Source of the DNA: Eledone cirrhosa
Lineage: Eukaryota
Assembly: GCA_964016885.1 (NCBI GenBank)
Contig: OZ024740.1
Coordinates: 33,356,001-33,420,000 of the forward strand
Length of the DNA stretch: 64,000 bases
Direction: 5' to 3'
Numbering within the stretch: position 1 is the first letter of the stretch; each line of letters begins with the position of its first letter. Position numbers and translations under genes: made by a program. Below, in pieces: positions 15,001 through 30,000 of the stretch. The notes beneath the pieces were generated by a model. It searched no databases. It was not told the origin of the DNA and was given only the letters and a program-made list of their open reading frames with translations.

Positions 15001-18000
15001 AAGTGTTCATCTATATATGTTAGATAGAAAGTGTTTATTTATATATTCTAGATAGAAAGTGTTCATCTATATATTTTAGATAGAAAGTGACCATCTATAT
15101 ATTCTATATAGAAAGTGACATCTATATATTTTAGATAGAAAGTGTTCATCTATATATTCTAGATAGAAAATGACCATCTATATATTTTAGTTAGAAAGTG
15201 ACCATCTATATATTTTAGACAGAAAGTGTTCATCTATATATTCTAGATAGAAAGTGACCATCTATATATTCTAGATAGAAAATGACCATCTATATATTTT
15301 AGATAGAAAGTGTTCATCTATATATTCTAGATAGAAAGTGACCATCTATATATTCTAGATAGAAAGTGTTCATCTATATATTCTAGATAGAAAGTGACTA
15401 TCTATATATTCTAGATAGAAAATGACAATCTATATATTTCAGATAGAATGTGACCATCTATATATTTTAAATAGAAAGTGACCCTCTATATATTTTAGAT
15501 AGAAAGTGACCATCTATATATTTTAGACAGAAAGTGTTCATCTATATATTCTAGATAGAAAGTGTTCATCTATATATTCTAGATAGAAAGTGTTCATCTA
15601 TATATTCTACATAGAAAGTGTTCATCTATATATTTTAGATAGAAAGTGTTTATTTATATATTCTAGATAGAAAGTGTTCATCTATATATTCTAGATAGAA
15701 AGTGACCATCTATATATTCTAGATAGAATGTATTCATCTATATTTTCTAAATAGAAAGTGACCATCTATATATTCTAGATAGAAAGTGACCATCTATATA
15801 TTCTATATAGAAAGTGACCATTTATATATTTTAGATAGAAAGTGTTCATTTATATATTCTAGATAGAAAATGACCATCTATATATTTTAGATAAAAAGTG
15901 ACCATCTATATATTTTAGACAGGAAGTGTTCATCTATATATCCTAGATAGAAAGTGACCATCCATATAATCTAGATAGAAAGTTTTCATATATATATTCT
16001 AGATAGAAAGTGACCATCTATATATTTTAGATAGAAAGTGTTCATCTATATATTCTAGAGAGAAAGTGTTCATCTATATATTTTAGATAGAAAGTGACCA
16101 TCTATATATTTTAGATAAAAAGTGACCATCTATATATTTTAGATAGAAAGTGTTCATCTATATATTCTAGATAGAAAGTTTTCATATATATATTCTAGAT
16201 AGAAAGTGACCATCTAAATATTTTAGATAGAAAGTGTTCATCTATATATTCTAGATAGAAAGTGACCATCTATACATTCTAGATAGAAAGTGTTCATCTA
16301 TATAATCTAGATAGAAAGTGTTCATCTATATATTCTAGATAGAAAGTGACCATGTATATATTCTAGATAGAAAGTGTTCATCTATATATTTTAGATAGAA
16401 ATTGACCATCTATATATTTTAGATAGAAAGTGACCATCTATATATTTTAGATAGAAAGTAACCATCTATATATTCTAGATAGAAAGTGTTCATCTATATA
16501 TTCTAGATAGAAAGTGACCATCTATATATTCCAGATAGAAAGTGTTCATCTATATATTCTAGATAGAATGTATTCATCTATATTTTCTAGATAGAAAGTG
16601 ACCATCTATATATTCTAGATAGAAAGTGTTCATCTATATATTCTAGATAGAAAGTGACTATCTATATATTCTAGATAGAAAATGATAGAATGTATTCATC
16701 TATATTTTCTAGATAGAAAGTGACCATGTATATATTCTAGATAGAAAGTTACCATCTATATATTCTAGATTGAAAATGACGATCTATATATTTTAGATAG
16801 AAAGTGACCATCTATATATTTGAGATAGAAAATGACCATCTATATATTCTAGATAGAAAGTGACCATCCATATATTTTAGATAGAAAGTGTTCATCTATA
16901 TATTCTAGATAGAAAGTAACCATCTATACATTCTAGATAGAAAGTGTTCATCTATATATTCTAGATAGAAATTGACTATCTATATATTCTAGATAGAAAG
17001 TGTTTATCTATATAGTCCAGATAGAAAGTGTTCATCTATATAATCTAGATAGAAAGTGTTCATCTATATATTCTAGATAGAAAGTAACCATCTATATATT
17101 CTAGATAGAAAGTGACCATGTATATATTCTAGATAGAAAGTGACCAAGTATATATTCTAGATAGAAAGTAACCATCTATATATTTTAGATTGAAAATGAC
17201 CATCTATATATATATTCTAGATAGAAAGTGTTCATATATATATTCTAGATGGAAAGTGTTCATCTATATATTCCAGATAAAAAGTGTTCATCTATATATT
17301 TTAGATAGAAAGTGTTTATTTATATATTCTAGATAGAAAGTGACTATCTATATATTGTTAATAGAAAGTGTTCATCTATATATTCTAGATAGAAAGTGAC
17401 CCTCTATATATTCTAGATAGAAAGTGACCATCTATATATTTTAGATAAAAAGTGTTCATCTATATATTCTAGATAGAAAGTGTTCATTTATATATTCTAG
17501 ATAGAAAGTGTTCATCTATATATTCCAGATAGAAAGTGTTCATCTATATATTCTAGATAGAAAGTGTTCATCTATATATTCTAGATAGAAAGTGTTCATC
17601 TCTATATTCTAGATAGACATGGTTCATCTATATATTCTAGATAGAAAGTGACCATCTATATATTCTAGATAGAAAGTGACCATCTATATATTTTAGATAG
17701 AAAGTGACCATCTTTATATTTTAGTTAAAAAGTGACCATCTATATATTCTAGATAGAAAGTGTTCATCTATATATTTTAGATAGAAAATGACCATCTATA
17801 TATTCTAGATAGAAAGTAACCATCTATATATTTTAGATTGAAAATGACCATCTATATATATATTCTAGATAGAAAGTGCTCATATATATATTCTAGATAG
17901 AAAGTGTTCATATATATATTCTAGATAGAAAGTGTTCATCTATATATTCCAAATAAAAGGTGTTCATCTATATATTCTACATAGAAAGTGTTCATCTATA

Positions 18001-21000
18001 TATGTTAGATAGAAAGTGTTTATTTATATATTCTAGATAGAAAGTGTTCATCTATATATTTTAGATAGAAAGTGACCATCTATATATTCTATATAGAAAG
18101 TGACATCTATATATTTTAGATAGAAAGTGTTCATCTATATATTCTAGATAGAAAATGACCATCTATATATTTTAGTTAGAAAGTGACCATCTATATATTT
18201 TAGACAGAAAGTGTTCATCTATATATTCTAGATAGAAAGTGACCATCTATATATTCTAGATAGAAAATGACCATCTATATATTTTGGATAGAAAGTGTTC
18301 ATCTATATATTCTAGATAGAAAGTGACCATCTATATATTCTAGATAGAAAGTGTTCATCTATATATTCTAGATAGAAAGTTACTATCTATATATTCTAGA
18401 TAGAAAATGATAATCTATATATTTCAGATAGAATGTGACCATCTATATATTTTAAATAGAAAGTGACCCTCTATATATTTTAGATAGAAAGTGACCATCT
18501 ATATATTTTAGACAGAAAGTGTTCATCTATATATTCTAGATAGAAAGTGTTCATCTATATATTCTAGATAGAAAGTGACCATCTATATATTCCAGATAGA
18601 AAGTGTTCATCTATATATTCTAGATAGAAAGTGTTCATCTATATATTCTACATAGAAAGTGTTCATCTATATATTTTGGATAGAAAGTGTTTATTTATAT
18701 ATTCTAGATAGAAAGTGTTCATCTATATATTCTAGATAGAAAGTGACCATCTATATATTCTAGATAGAATGTATTCATCTATATTTTCTTAATAGAAAGT
18801 GACCATATATATATTCTAGATAGAAAGTGACCATCTATATATTCTATATAGAAAGTGACCATTTATATATTTTAGATAGAAAGTGTTCATTTATATATTC
18901 TAGATAGAAAATGACCATCTATATATTTTAGATAGAAAGTGACCATCTATATATTTTAGACAGGAAGTGTTCATCTATATATTCTAGATAGAAAGTGACC
19001 ATCCATATAATCTAGATAGAAAGTTTTCATATATATATTCGAGATAGAAAGTGACCATCTATATATTTTAGATAGAAAGTGTTCATCTATATATTCTAGA
19101 GAGAAAGTGTTCATCTATATATTTTAGATAGAAAGTGACCATCTATATATTTTAGATAAAAAGTGACCATCTATATATTTTAGATAGAAAGTGTTCATCT
19201 ATATATTCTAGATAGAAAGTTTTCATATATATATTCTAGATAGAAAGTGACCATCTAAATATTTTAGATAGAAAGTGTTCATCTATATATTCTAGATAGA
19301 AAGTGACCATCTATACATTCTAGATAGAAAGTGTTCATCTATATAATCTAGATAGAAAGTGTTCATCTATATATTCTAGATAGAAAGTGACCATGTATAT
19401 ATTCTAGATAGAAAGTGTTCATCTATATATTTTAGATAGAAATTGACCATCTATATATTTTAGATAGAAAGTGACCATCTATATATTTTAGATAGAAAGT
19501 AACCATCTATATATTCTAGATAGAAAGTGTTCATCTATATATTCTAGATAGAAAGTGACCATCTATATATTCCAGATAGAAAGTGTTCATCTATATATTC
19601 TAGATAGAATGTATTCATCTATATTTTCTAGATAGAAAGTGACCATCTATATATTCTAGATAGAAAGTGTTCATCTATATATTCTAGATAGAAAGTGACT
19701 ATCTATATATTCTAGATAGAAAATGATAGAATGTATTCATCTATATTTTCTAGATAGAAAGTGACCATGTATATATTCTAGATAGAAAGTTACCATCTAT
19801 ATATTCTAGATTGAAAATGACGATCTATATATTTTAGATAGAAAGTGACCATCTATATATTTGAGATAGAAAATGACCATCTATATATTCTAGATAGAAA
19901 GTGACCATCCATATATTTTAGATAGAAAGTGTTCATCTATATATTCTAGATAGAAAGTGTTCATCTCTATATTCTAGATAGACATGGTTCATCTATATAT
20001 TCTAGATAGAAAGTGACCATCTATATATTCTAGATAGAAAGTGACCATCTATATATTTTAGATAGAAAGTGACCATCTTTATATTTTAGTTAAAAAGTGA
20101 CCATCTATATATTCTAGATAGAAAGTGTTCATCTATATATTTTAGATAGAAAATGACCATCTATATATTCTAGATAGAAAGTAACCATCTATATATTTTA
20201 GATTGAAAATGACCATCTATATATATATTCTAGATAGAAAGTGTTCATATATATATTCTAGATAGAAAGTGTTCATATATATATTCTAGATAGAAAGTGT
20301 TCATCTATATATTCCAAATAAAAAGTGTTCATCTATATATTCTACATAGAAAGTGTTCATCTATATATGTTAGATAGAAAGTGTTTATTTATATATTCTA
20401 GATAGAAAGTGTTCATCTATATATTTTAGATAGAAAGTGACCATCTATATATTCTATATAGAAAGTGACATCTATATATTTTAGATAGAAAGTGTTCATC
20501 TATATATTCTAGATAGAAAATGACCATCTATATATTTTAGTTAGAAAGTGACCATCTATATATTTTAGACAGAAAGTGTTCATCTATATATTCTAGATAG
20601 AAAGTGACCATCTATATATTCTAGATAGAAAATGACCATCTATATATTCTAGATAGAAAGTGTTCATCTATATATTCTAGATAGAAAGTGACTATCTATA
20701 TATTCTAGATAGAAAATGATAATCTATATATTTCAGATAGAATGTGACCATCTATATATTTTAAATAGAAAGTGACCCTCTATATATTTTAGATAGAAAG
20801 TGACCATCTATATATTTTAGACAGAAAGTGTTCATCTATATATTCTAGATAGAAAGTGTTCATCTATATATTCTAGATAGAAAGTGACCATCTATATATT
20901 CCAGATAGAAAGTGTTCATCTATATATTCTAGATAGAAAGTGTTCATCTATATATTCTACATAGAAAGTGTTCATCTATATATTTTAGATAGAAAGTGTT

Positions 21001-24000
21001 TATTTATATATTCTAGATAGAAAGTGTTCATCTATATATTCTAGATAGAAAGTGACCATCTATATATTCTAGATAGAATGTATTCATCTATATTTTCTAA
21101 ATAGAAAGTGACCATCTATATATTCTAGATAGAAAGTGACCATCTATATATTCTATATAGAAAGTGACCATTTATATATTTTAGATAGAAAGTGTTCATT
21201 TATATATTCTAGATAGAAAATGACCATCTATATAATTCAGATAGAAAGTGACCATCTATATATTTTAGACAGGAAGTGTTCATCTATATATTCTAGATAG
21301 AAAGTGACCATCCATATAATCTAGATAGAAAGTTTTCATATATATATTCTAGATAGAAAGTGACCATCTATATATTTTAGATAGAAAGTGTTCATCTATA
21401 TATTCTAGAGAGAAAGTGTTCATCTATATATTTTAGATAGAAAGTGACCATCTATATATTTTAGATAAAAATTGACCATCTATATATTTTAGATAGAAAG
21501 TGTTCATCTATATATTCTAGATAGAAAGTTTTCATATATATATTCTAGATAGAAAGTGACCATCTAAATATTTTAGATAGAAAGTGTTCATCTATATGTT
21601 CTAGATAGAAAGTGACCATCTATACATTCTAGATAGAAAGTGTTCATCTATATAATCTAGATAGAAAGTGTTCATCTATATATTCTAGATAGAAAGTGAC
21701 CATGTATATATTCTGGATAGAAAGTGTTCATCTATATATTTTAGATAGAAATTGACCATCTATATATTTTAGATAGAAAGTGACCATCTATATATTTTAG
21801 ATAGAAAGTAACCATCTATATATTCTAGATAGAAAGTGTTCATCTATATATTCTAGATAGAAAGTGACCATCTATATATTCCAGATAGAAAGTGTTCATC
21901 TATATATTCTAGATAGAATGTATTCATCTATATTTTCTAGATAGAAAGTGACCATCTATATATTCTAGATAGAAAGTGTTCATCTATATATTCTAGATAG
22001 AAAGTGACTATCTATATATTCTAGATAGAAAATGATAGAATGTATTCATCTATATTTTCTAGATAGAAAGTGACCATGTATATATTCTAGATAGAAAGTT
22101 ACCATCTATATATTCTAGATTGAAAATGACGATCTATATATTTTAGATAGAAAGTGACCATCTATATATTTGAGATAGAAAATGACCATCTATATATTCT
22201 AGATAAAAAGTGACCATCCATATATTTTAGATAGAAAGTGTTCATCTATATATTCTAGATAGAAAGTAACCATCTATACATTCTAGATAGAAAGTGTTCA
22301 TCTATATATTCTAGATAGAAATTGACTATCTATATATTCTAGATAGAAAGTGTTTATCTATATAGTCCAGATAGAAAGTGTTCATCTATATAATCTAGAT
22401 AGAAAGTGTTCATCTATATATTCTAGATAGAAAGTAACCATCTATATATTCTAGATAGAAAGTGACCATGTATATATTCTAGATAGAAAGTGACCAAGTA
22501 TATATTCTAGATAGAAAGTAACCATCTATATATTTTAGATTGAAAATGACCATCTATATATATATTCTAGATAGAAAGTGTTCATATATATATTCTAGAT
22601 GGAAAGTGTTCATCTATATATTCCAGATAAAAAGTGTTCATCTATATATTTTAGATAGAAAGTGTTTATTTATATATTCTAGATAGAAAGTGACTATCTA
22701 TATATTGTTAATAGAAAGTGTTCATCTATATATTCTAGATAGAAAGTGACCCTCTATATATTCTAGATAGAAAGTGACCATCTATATATTTTAGATAAAA
22801 AGTGTTCATCTATATATTCTAGATAGAAAGTGTTCATCTATATATTCCAGATAGAAAGTGTTCATCTATATATTCTAGATAGAAAGTGTTCATCTATATA
22901 TTCTAGATAGAAAGTGTTCATCTCTATATTCTAGATAGACATGGTTCATCTATATATTCTAGATAGAAAGTGACCATCTATATATTCTAGATAGAAAGTG
23001 ACCATCTATATATATTAGATAGAAAGTGACCATCTTTATATTTTAGTTAAAAAGTGACCATCTATATATTCTAGATAGAAAGTGTTCATCTATATATTTT
23101 AGATAGAAAATGACCATCTATATATTCTACATAGAAAGTAACCATCTATATATTTTAGATTGAAAATGACCATCTATATATATATTCTAGATAGAAAGTG
23201 TTCATATATATATTCTAGATAGAAAGTGTTCATATATATATTCTAGATAGAAAGTGTTCATCTATATATTCCAAATAAAAAGTGTTCATCTATATATTCT
23301 ACATAGAAAGTGTTCATCTATATATGTTAGATAGAAAGTGTTTATTTATATATTCTAGATAGAAAGTGTTCATCTATATATTTTAGATAGAAAGTGACCA
23401 TCTATATATTCTATATAGAAAGTGACATCTATATATTTTAGATAGAAAGTGTTCATCTATATATTCTAGATAGAAAATGACCATCTATATATTTTAGTTA
23501 GAAAGTGACCATCTATATATTTTAGACAGAAAGTGTTCATCTATATATTCTAGATAGAAAGTGACCATCTATATATTCTAGATAGAAAATGACCATCTAT
23601 ATATTTTGGATAGAAAGTGTTCATCTATATATTCTAGATAGAAAGTGACCATCTATATATTCTAGATAGAAAGTGTTCATCTATATATTCTAGATAGAAA
23701 GTGACTATCTATATATTCTAGATAGAAAATGACAATCTATATATTTCAGATAGAATGTGACCATCTATATATTTTAAATAGAAAGTGACCCTCTATATAT
23801 TTTAGATAGAAAGTGACCATCTATATATTTTAGACAGAAAGTGACCATCTATATATTTTAGACAGAAAGTGTTCATCTATATATTCTAGATAGAAAGTGT
23901 TCATCTATATATTCTAGATAGAAAGTGACCATCTATATATTTTAGATAGAAAGTGTTCATCTATATATTCTAGATAGAAAGTGACCATCTATACATTCTA

Positions 24001-27000
24001 GATAGAAAGTGTTCATCTATATAATCTAGATAGAAAGTGTTCATCTATATATTCTAGATAGAAGGTGACCATGTATATATTCTAGATAGAAAGTGTTCAT
24101 CTATATATTTTAGATAGAAATTGACCATCTATATATTTTAGATAGAAAGTGACCATCTATATATTTTAGATAGAAAGTAACCATCTATATATTCTAGATA
24201 GAAAGTGTTCATCTATATATTCCAGATAGAAAGTGTTCATCTATAAAATCTAGATAGAAAGTGTTCATCTATATATTCTAGATAGAAAGTGACCATGTAT
24301 ATATTCTAGATAGAAAGTAACCATCTATATATTTTAGATTGAAAATGACCATCTATATATATATTCTAGATAGAAAGTGTTCATATATATATTCTAGATA
24401 GAAAGTGTTCATATATATATTCTAGATAGAAAGTGTTCATCTATATATTCCAAATAAAAAGTGTTCATCTATATATTCTACATAGAAAGTGTTCATCTAT
24501 ATATGTTAGATAGAAAGTGTTTATTTATATATTCTAGATAGAAAGTGTTCATCTATATATTTTAGATAGAAAGTGACCATCTATATATTCTATATAGAAA
24601 GTGACATCTATATATTTTAGATAGAAAGTGTTCATCTATATATTCTAGATAGAAAATGACCATCTATATATTTTAGTTAGAAAGTGACCATCTATATATT
24701 TTAGACAGAAAGTGTTCATCTATATATTCTAGATAGAAAGTGACCATCTATATATTCTAGATAGAAAATGACCATCTATATATTTTAGATAGAAAGTGTT
24801 CATCTATATATTCTAGATAGAAAGTGACCATCTATATATTCTAGATAGAAAGTGTTCATCTATATATTCTAGATAGAAAGTGACTATCTATATATTCTAG
24901 ATAGAAAATGACAATCTATATATTTCAGATAGAATGTGACCATCTATATATTTTAAATAGAAAGTGACCCTCTATATATTTTAGATAGAAAGTGACCATC
25001 TATATATTTTAGACAGAAAGTGTTCATCTATATATTCTAGATAGAAAGTGTTCATCTATATATTCTAGATAGAAAGTGACCATCTATATATTCCAGATAG
25101 AAAGTGTTCATCTATATATTCTAGATAGAAAGTGTTCATCTATATATTCTACATAGAAAGTGTTCATCTATATATTTTAGATAGAAAGTGTTTATTTATA
25201 TATTCTAGATAGAAAGTGTTCATCTATATATTCTAGATAGAAAGTGACCATCTATATATTCTAGATAGAATGTATTCATCTATATTTTCTAAATAGAAAG
25301 TGACCATCTATATATTCTAGATAGAAAGTGACCATCTATATATTCTATATAGAAAGTGACCATTTATATATTTTAGATAGAAAGTGTTCATTTATATATT
25401 CTAGATAGAAAATGACCATCTATATATTTTAGATAGAAAGTGACCATCTATATATTTTAGACAGGAAGTGTTCATCTATATATCCTAGATAGAAAGTGAC
25501 CATCCATATAATCTAGATAGAAAGTTTTCATATATATATTCTAGATAGAAAGTGACCATCTATATATTTTAGATAGAAACTGTTCATCTATATATTCTAG
25601 AGAGAAAGTGTTCATCTATATATTTTAGATAGAAAGTGACCATCTATATATTTTAGATAAAAAGTGACCATCTATATATTTTAGATAGAAAGTGTTCATC
25701 TATATATTCTAGATAGAAAGTTTTCATATATATATTCTAGATAGAAAGTGACCATCTAAATATTTTAGATAGAAAGTGTTCATCTATATATTCTAGATAG
25801 AAAGTGACCATCTATACATTCTAGATAGAAAGTGTTCATCTATATAATCTAGATAGAAAGTGTTCATCTATATATTCTAGATAGAAAGTGACCATGTATA
25901 TATTCTAGATAGAAAGTGTTCATCTATATATTTTAGATAGAAATTGACCATCTATATATTTTAGATAGAAAGTGACCATCTATATATTTTAGATAGAAAG
26001 TAACCATCTATATATTCTAGATAGAAAGTGTTCATCTATATATTCTAGATAGAAAGTGACCATCTATATATTCCAGATAGAAAGTGTTCATCTATATATT
26101 CTAGATAGAATGTATTCATCTATATTTTCTAGATAGAAAGTGACCATCTATATATTCTAGATAGAAAGTGTTCATCTATATATTCTAGATAGAAAGTGAC
26201 TATCTATATATTCTAGATAGAAAATGATAGAATGTATTCATCTATATTTTCTAGATAGAAAGTGACCATGTATATATTCTAGATAGAAAGTTACCATCTA
26301 TATATTCTAGATTGAAAATGACGATCTATATATTTTAGATAGAAAGTGACCATCTATATATTTGAGATAGAAAATGACCATCTATATATTCTAGATAGAA
26401 AGTGACCATCCATATATTTTAGATAGAAAGTGTTCATCTATATATTCTAGATAGAAAGTAACCATCTATACATTCTAGATAGAAAGTGTTCATCTATATA
26501 TTCTAGATAGAAATTGACTATCTATATATTCTAGATAGAAAGTGTTTATCTATATAGTCCAGATAGAAAGTGTTCATCTATATAATCTAGATAGAAAGTG
26601 TTCATCTATATATTCTAGATAGAAAGTAACCATCTATATATTCTAGATAGAAAGTGACCATGTATATATTCTAGATAGAAAGTGACCAAGTATATATTCT
26701 AGATAGAAAGTAACCATCTATATATTTTAGATTGAAAATGACCATCTATATATATATTCTAGATAGAAAGTGTTCATATATATATTCTAGATGGAAAGTG
26801 TTCATCTATATATTCCAGATAAAAAGTGTTCATCTATATATTTTAGATAGAAAGTGTTTATTTATATATTCTAGATAGAAAGTGACTATCTATATATTGT
26901 TAATAGAAAGTGTTCATCTATATATTCTAGATAGAAAGTGACCCTCTATATATTCTAGATAGAAAGTGACCATCTATATATTTTAGACAAAAAGTGTTCA

Positions 27001-30000
27001 TCTATATATTCTAGATAGAAAGTGTTCATCTATATATTCCAGATAGAAAGTGTTCATCTATATATTCTAGATAGAAAGTGTTCATCTATATATTCTAGAT
27101 AGAAAGTGTTCATCTGTATATTCTAGATAGACATGGTTCATCTATATATTCTAGATAGAAAGTGACCATCTATATATTCTAGATAGAAAGTGACCATCTA
27201 TATATTTTAGATAGAAAGTGACCATCTTTATATTTTAGTTAAATAGTGACCATCTATATATTCTAGATAGAAAGTGTTCATCTATATATTTTAGATAGAA
27301 AATGACCATCTATATATTCTAGATAGAAAGTAACCATCTATATATTTTAGATTGAAAATGACCATCTATATATATATTCTAGATAGAAAGTGTTCATATA
27401 TATATTCTAGATAGAAAGTGTTCATATATATATTCTAGATAGAAAGTGTTCATCTATATATTCCAAATAAAAAGTGTTCATCTATATATTCTACATAGAA
27501 AGTGTTCATCTATATATGTTAGATAGAAAGTGTTTATTTATATATTCTAGATAGAAAGTGTTCATCTATATATTTTAGATAGAAAGTGACCATCTATATA
27601 TTCTATATAGAAAGTGACATCTATATATTTTAGATAGAAAGTGTTCATCTATATATTCTAGATAGAAAATGACCATCTATATATTTTAGTTAGAAAGTGA
27701 CCATCTATATATTTTAGACAGAAAGTGTTCATCTATATATTCTAGATAGAAAGTGACCATCTATATATTCTAGATAGAAAATGACCATCTATATATTTTA
27801 GATAGAAAGTGTTCATCTATATATTCTAGATAGAAAGTGACCATCTATATATTCTAGATAGAAAGTGTTCATCTATATATTCTAGATAGAAAGTGACTAT
27901 CTATATATTCTAGATAGAAAATGACAATCTATATATTTCAGATAGAATGTGACCATCTATATATTTTAAATAGAAAGTGACCCTCTATATATTTTAGATA
28001 GAAAGTGACCATCTATATATTTTAGACAGAAAGTGTTCATCTATATATTCTAGATAGAAAGTGTTCATCTATATATTCTAGATAGAAAGTGACCATCTAT
28101 ATATTCCAGATAGAAAGTGTTCATCTATATATTCTAGATAGAAAGTGTTCATCTATATATTCTACATAGAAAGTGTTCATCTATATATTTTAGATAGAAA
28201 GTGTTTATTTATATATTCTAGATAGAAAGTGTTCATCTATATATTCTAGATAGAAAGTGACCATCTATATATTCTAGATAGAATGTATTCATCTATATTT
28301 TCTAAATAGAAAGTGACCATCTATATATTCTAGATAGAAAGTGACCATCTATATATTCTATATAGAAAGTGACCATTTATATATTTTAGATAGAAAGTGT
28401 TCATTTATATATTCTAGATAGAAAATGACCATCTATATATTTTAGATAGAAAGTGACCATCTATATATTTTAGACAGGAAGTGTTCATCTATATATTCTA
28501 GATAGAAAGTGACCATCCATATAATCTAGATAGAAAGTTTTCATATATATATTCTAGATAGAAAGTGACCATCTATATATTTTAGATAGAAAGTGTTCAT
28601 CTATATATTCTAGAGAGAAAGTGTTCATCTATATATTTTAGATAGAAAGTGACCATCTATATATTTTAGATAAAAAGTGACCATCTATATATTTTAGATA
28701 GAAAGTGTTCATCTATATATTCTAGATAGAAAGTTTTCATATATATATTCTAGATAGAAAGTGACCATCTAAATATTTTAGATAGAAAGTGTTCATCTAT
28801 ATATTCTAGATAGAAAGTGACCATCTATACATTCTAGATAGAAAGTGTTCATCTATATAATCTAGATAGAAAGTGTTCATCTATATATTCTAGATAGAAA
28901 GTGACCATGTATATATTCTAGATAGAAAGTGTTCATCTATATATTTTAGATAGAAATTGACCATCTATATATTTTAGATAGAAAGTGACCATCTATATAT
29001 TTTAGATAGAAAGTAACCATCTATATATTCTAGATAGAAAGTGTTCATCTATATATTCTAGATAGAAAGTGACCATCTATATATTCCAGATAGAAAGTGT
29101 TCATCTATATATTCTAGATAGAATGTATTCATCTATATTTTCTAGATAGAAAGTGACCATCTATATATTCTAGATAGAAAGTGTTCATCTATATATTCTA
29201 GATAGAAAGTGACTATCTATATATTCTAGATAGAAAATGATAGAATGTATTCATCTATATTTTCTAGATAGAAAGTGACCATGTATATATTCTAGATAGA
29301 AAGTTACCATCTATATATTCTAGATTGAAAATGACGATCTATATATTTTAGATAAAAAGTGACCATCTATATATTTGAGATAGAAAATGACCATCTATAT
29401 ATTCTAGATAGAAAGTGACCATCCATATATTTTAGATAGAAAGTGTTCATCTATATATTCTAGATAGAAAGTAACCATCTATACATTCTAGATAGAAAGT
29501 GTTCATCTATATATTCTAGATAGAAATTGACTATCTATATATTCTAGATAGAAAGTGTTTATCTATATAGTCCAGATAGAAAGTGTTCATCTATATAATC
29601 TAGATAGAAAGTGTTCATCTATATATTCTAGATAGAAAGTAACCATCTATATATTCTAGATAGAAAGTGACCATGTATATATTCTAGATAGAAAGTGACC
29701 AAGTATATATTCTAGATAGAAAGTAACCATCTATATATTTTAGATTGAAAATGACCATCTATATATATATTCTAGATAGAAAGTGTTCATATATATATTC
29801 TAGATGGAAAGTGTTCATCTATATATTCCAGATAAAAAGTGTTCATCTATATATTTTAGATAGAAAGTGTTTATTTATATATTCTAGATAGAAAGTGACT
29901 ATCTATATATTGTTAATAGAAAGTGTTCATCTATATATTCTAGATAGAAAGTGACCCTCTATATATTCTAGATAGAAAGTGACCATCTATATATTTTAGA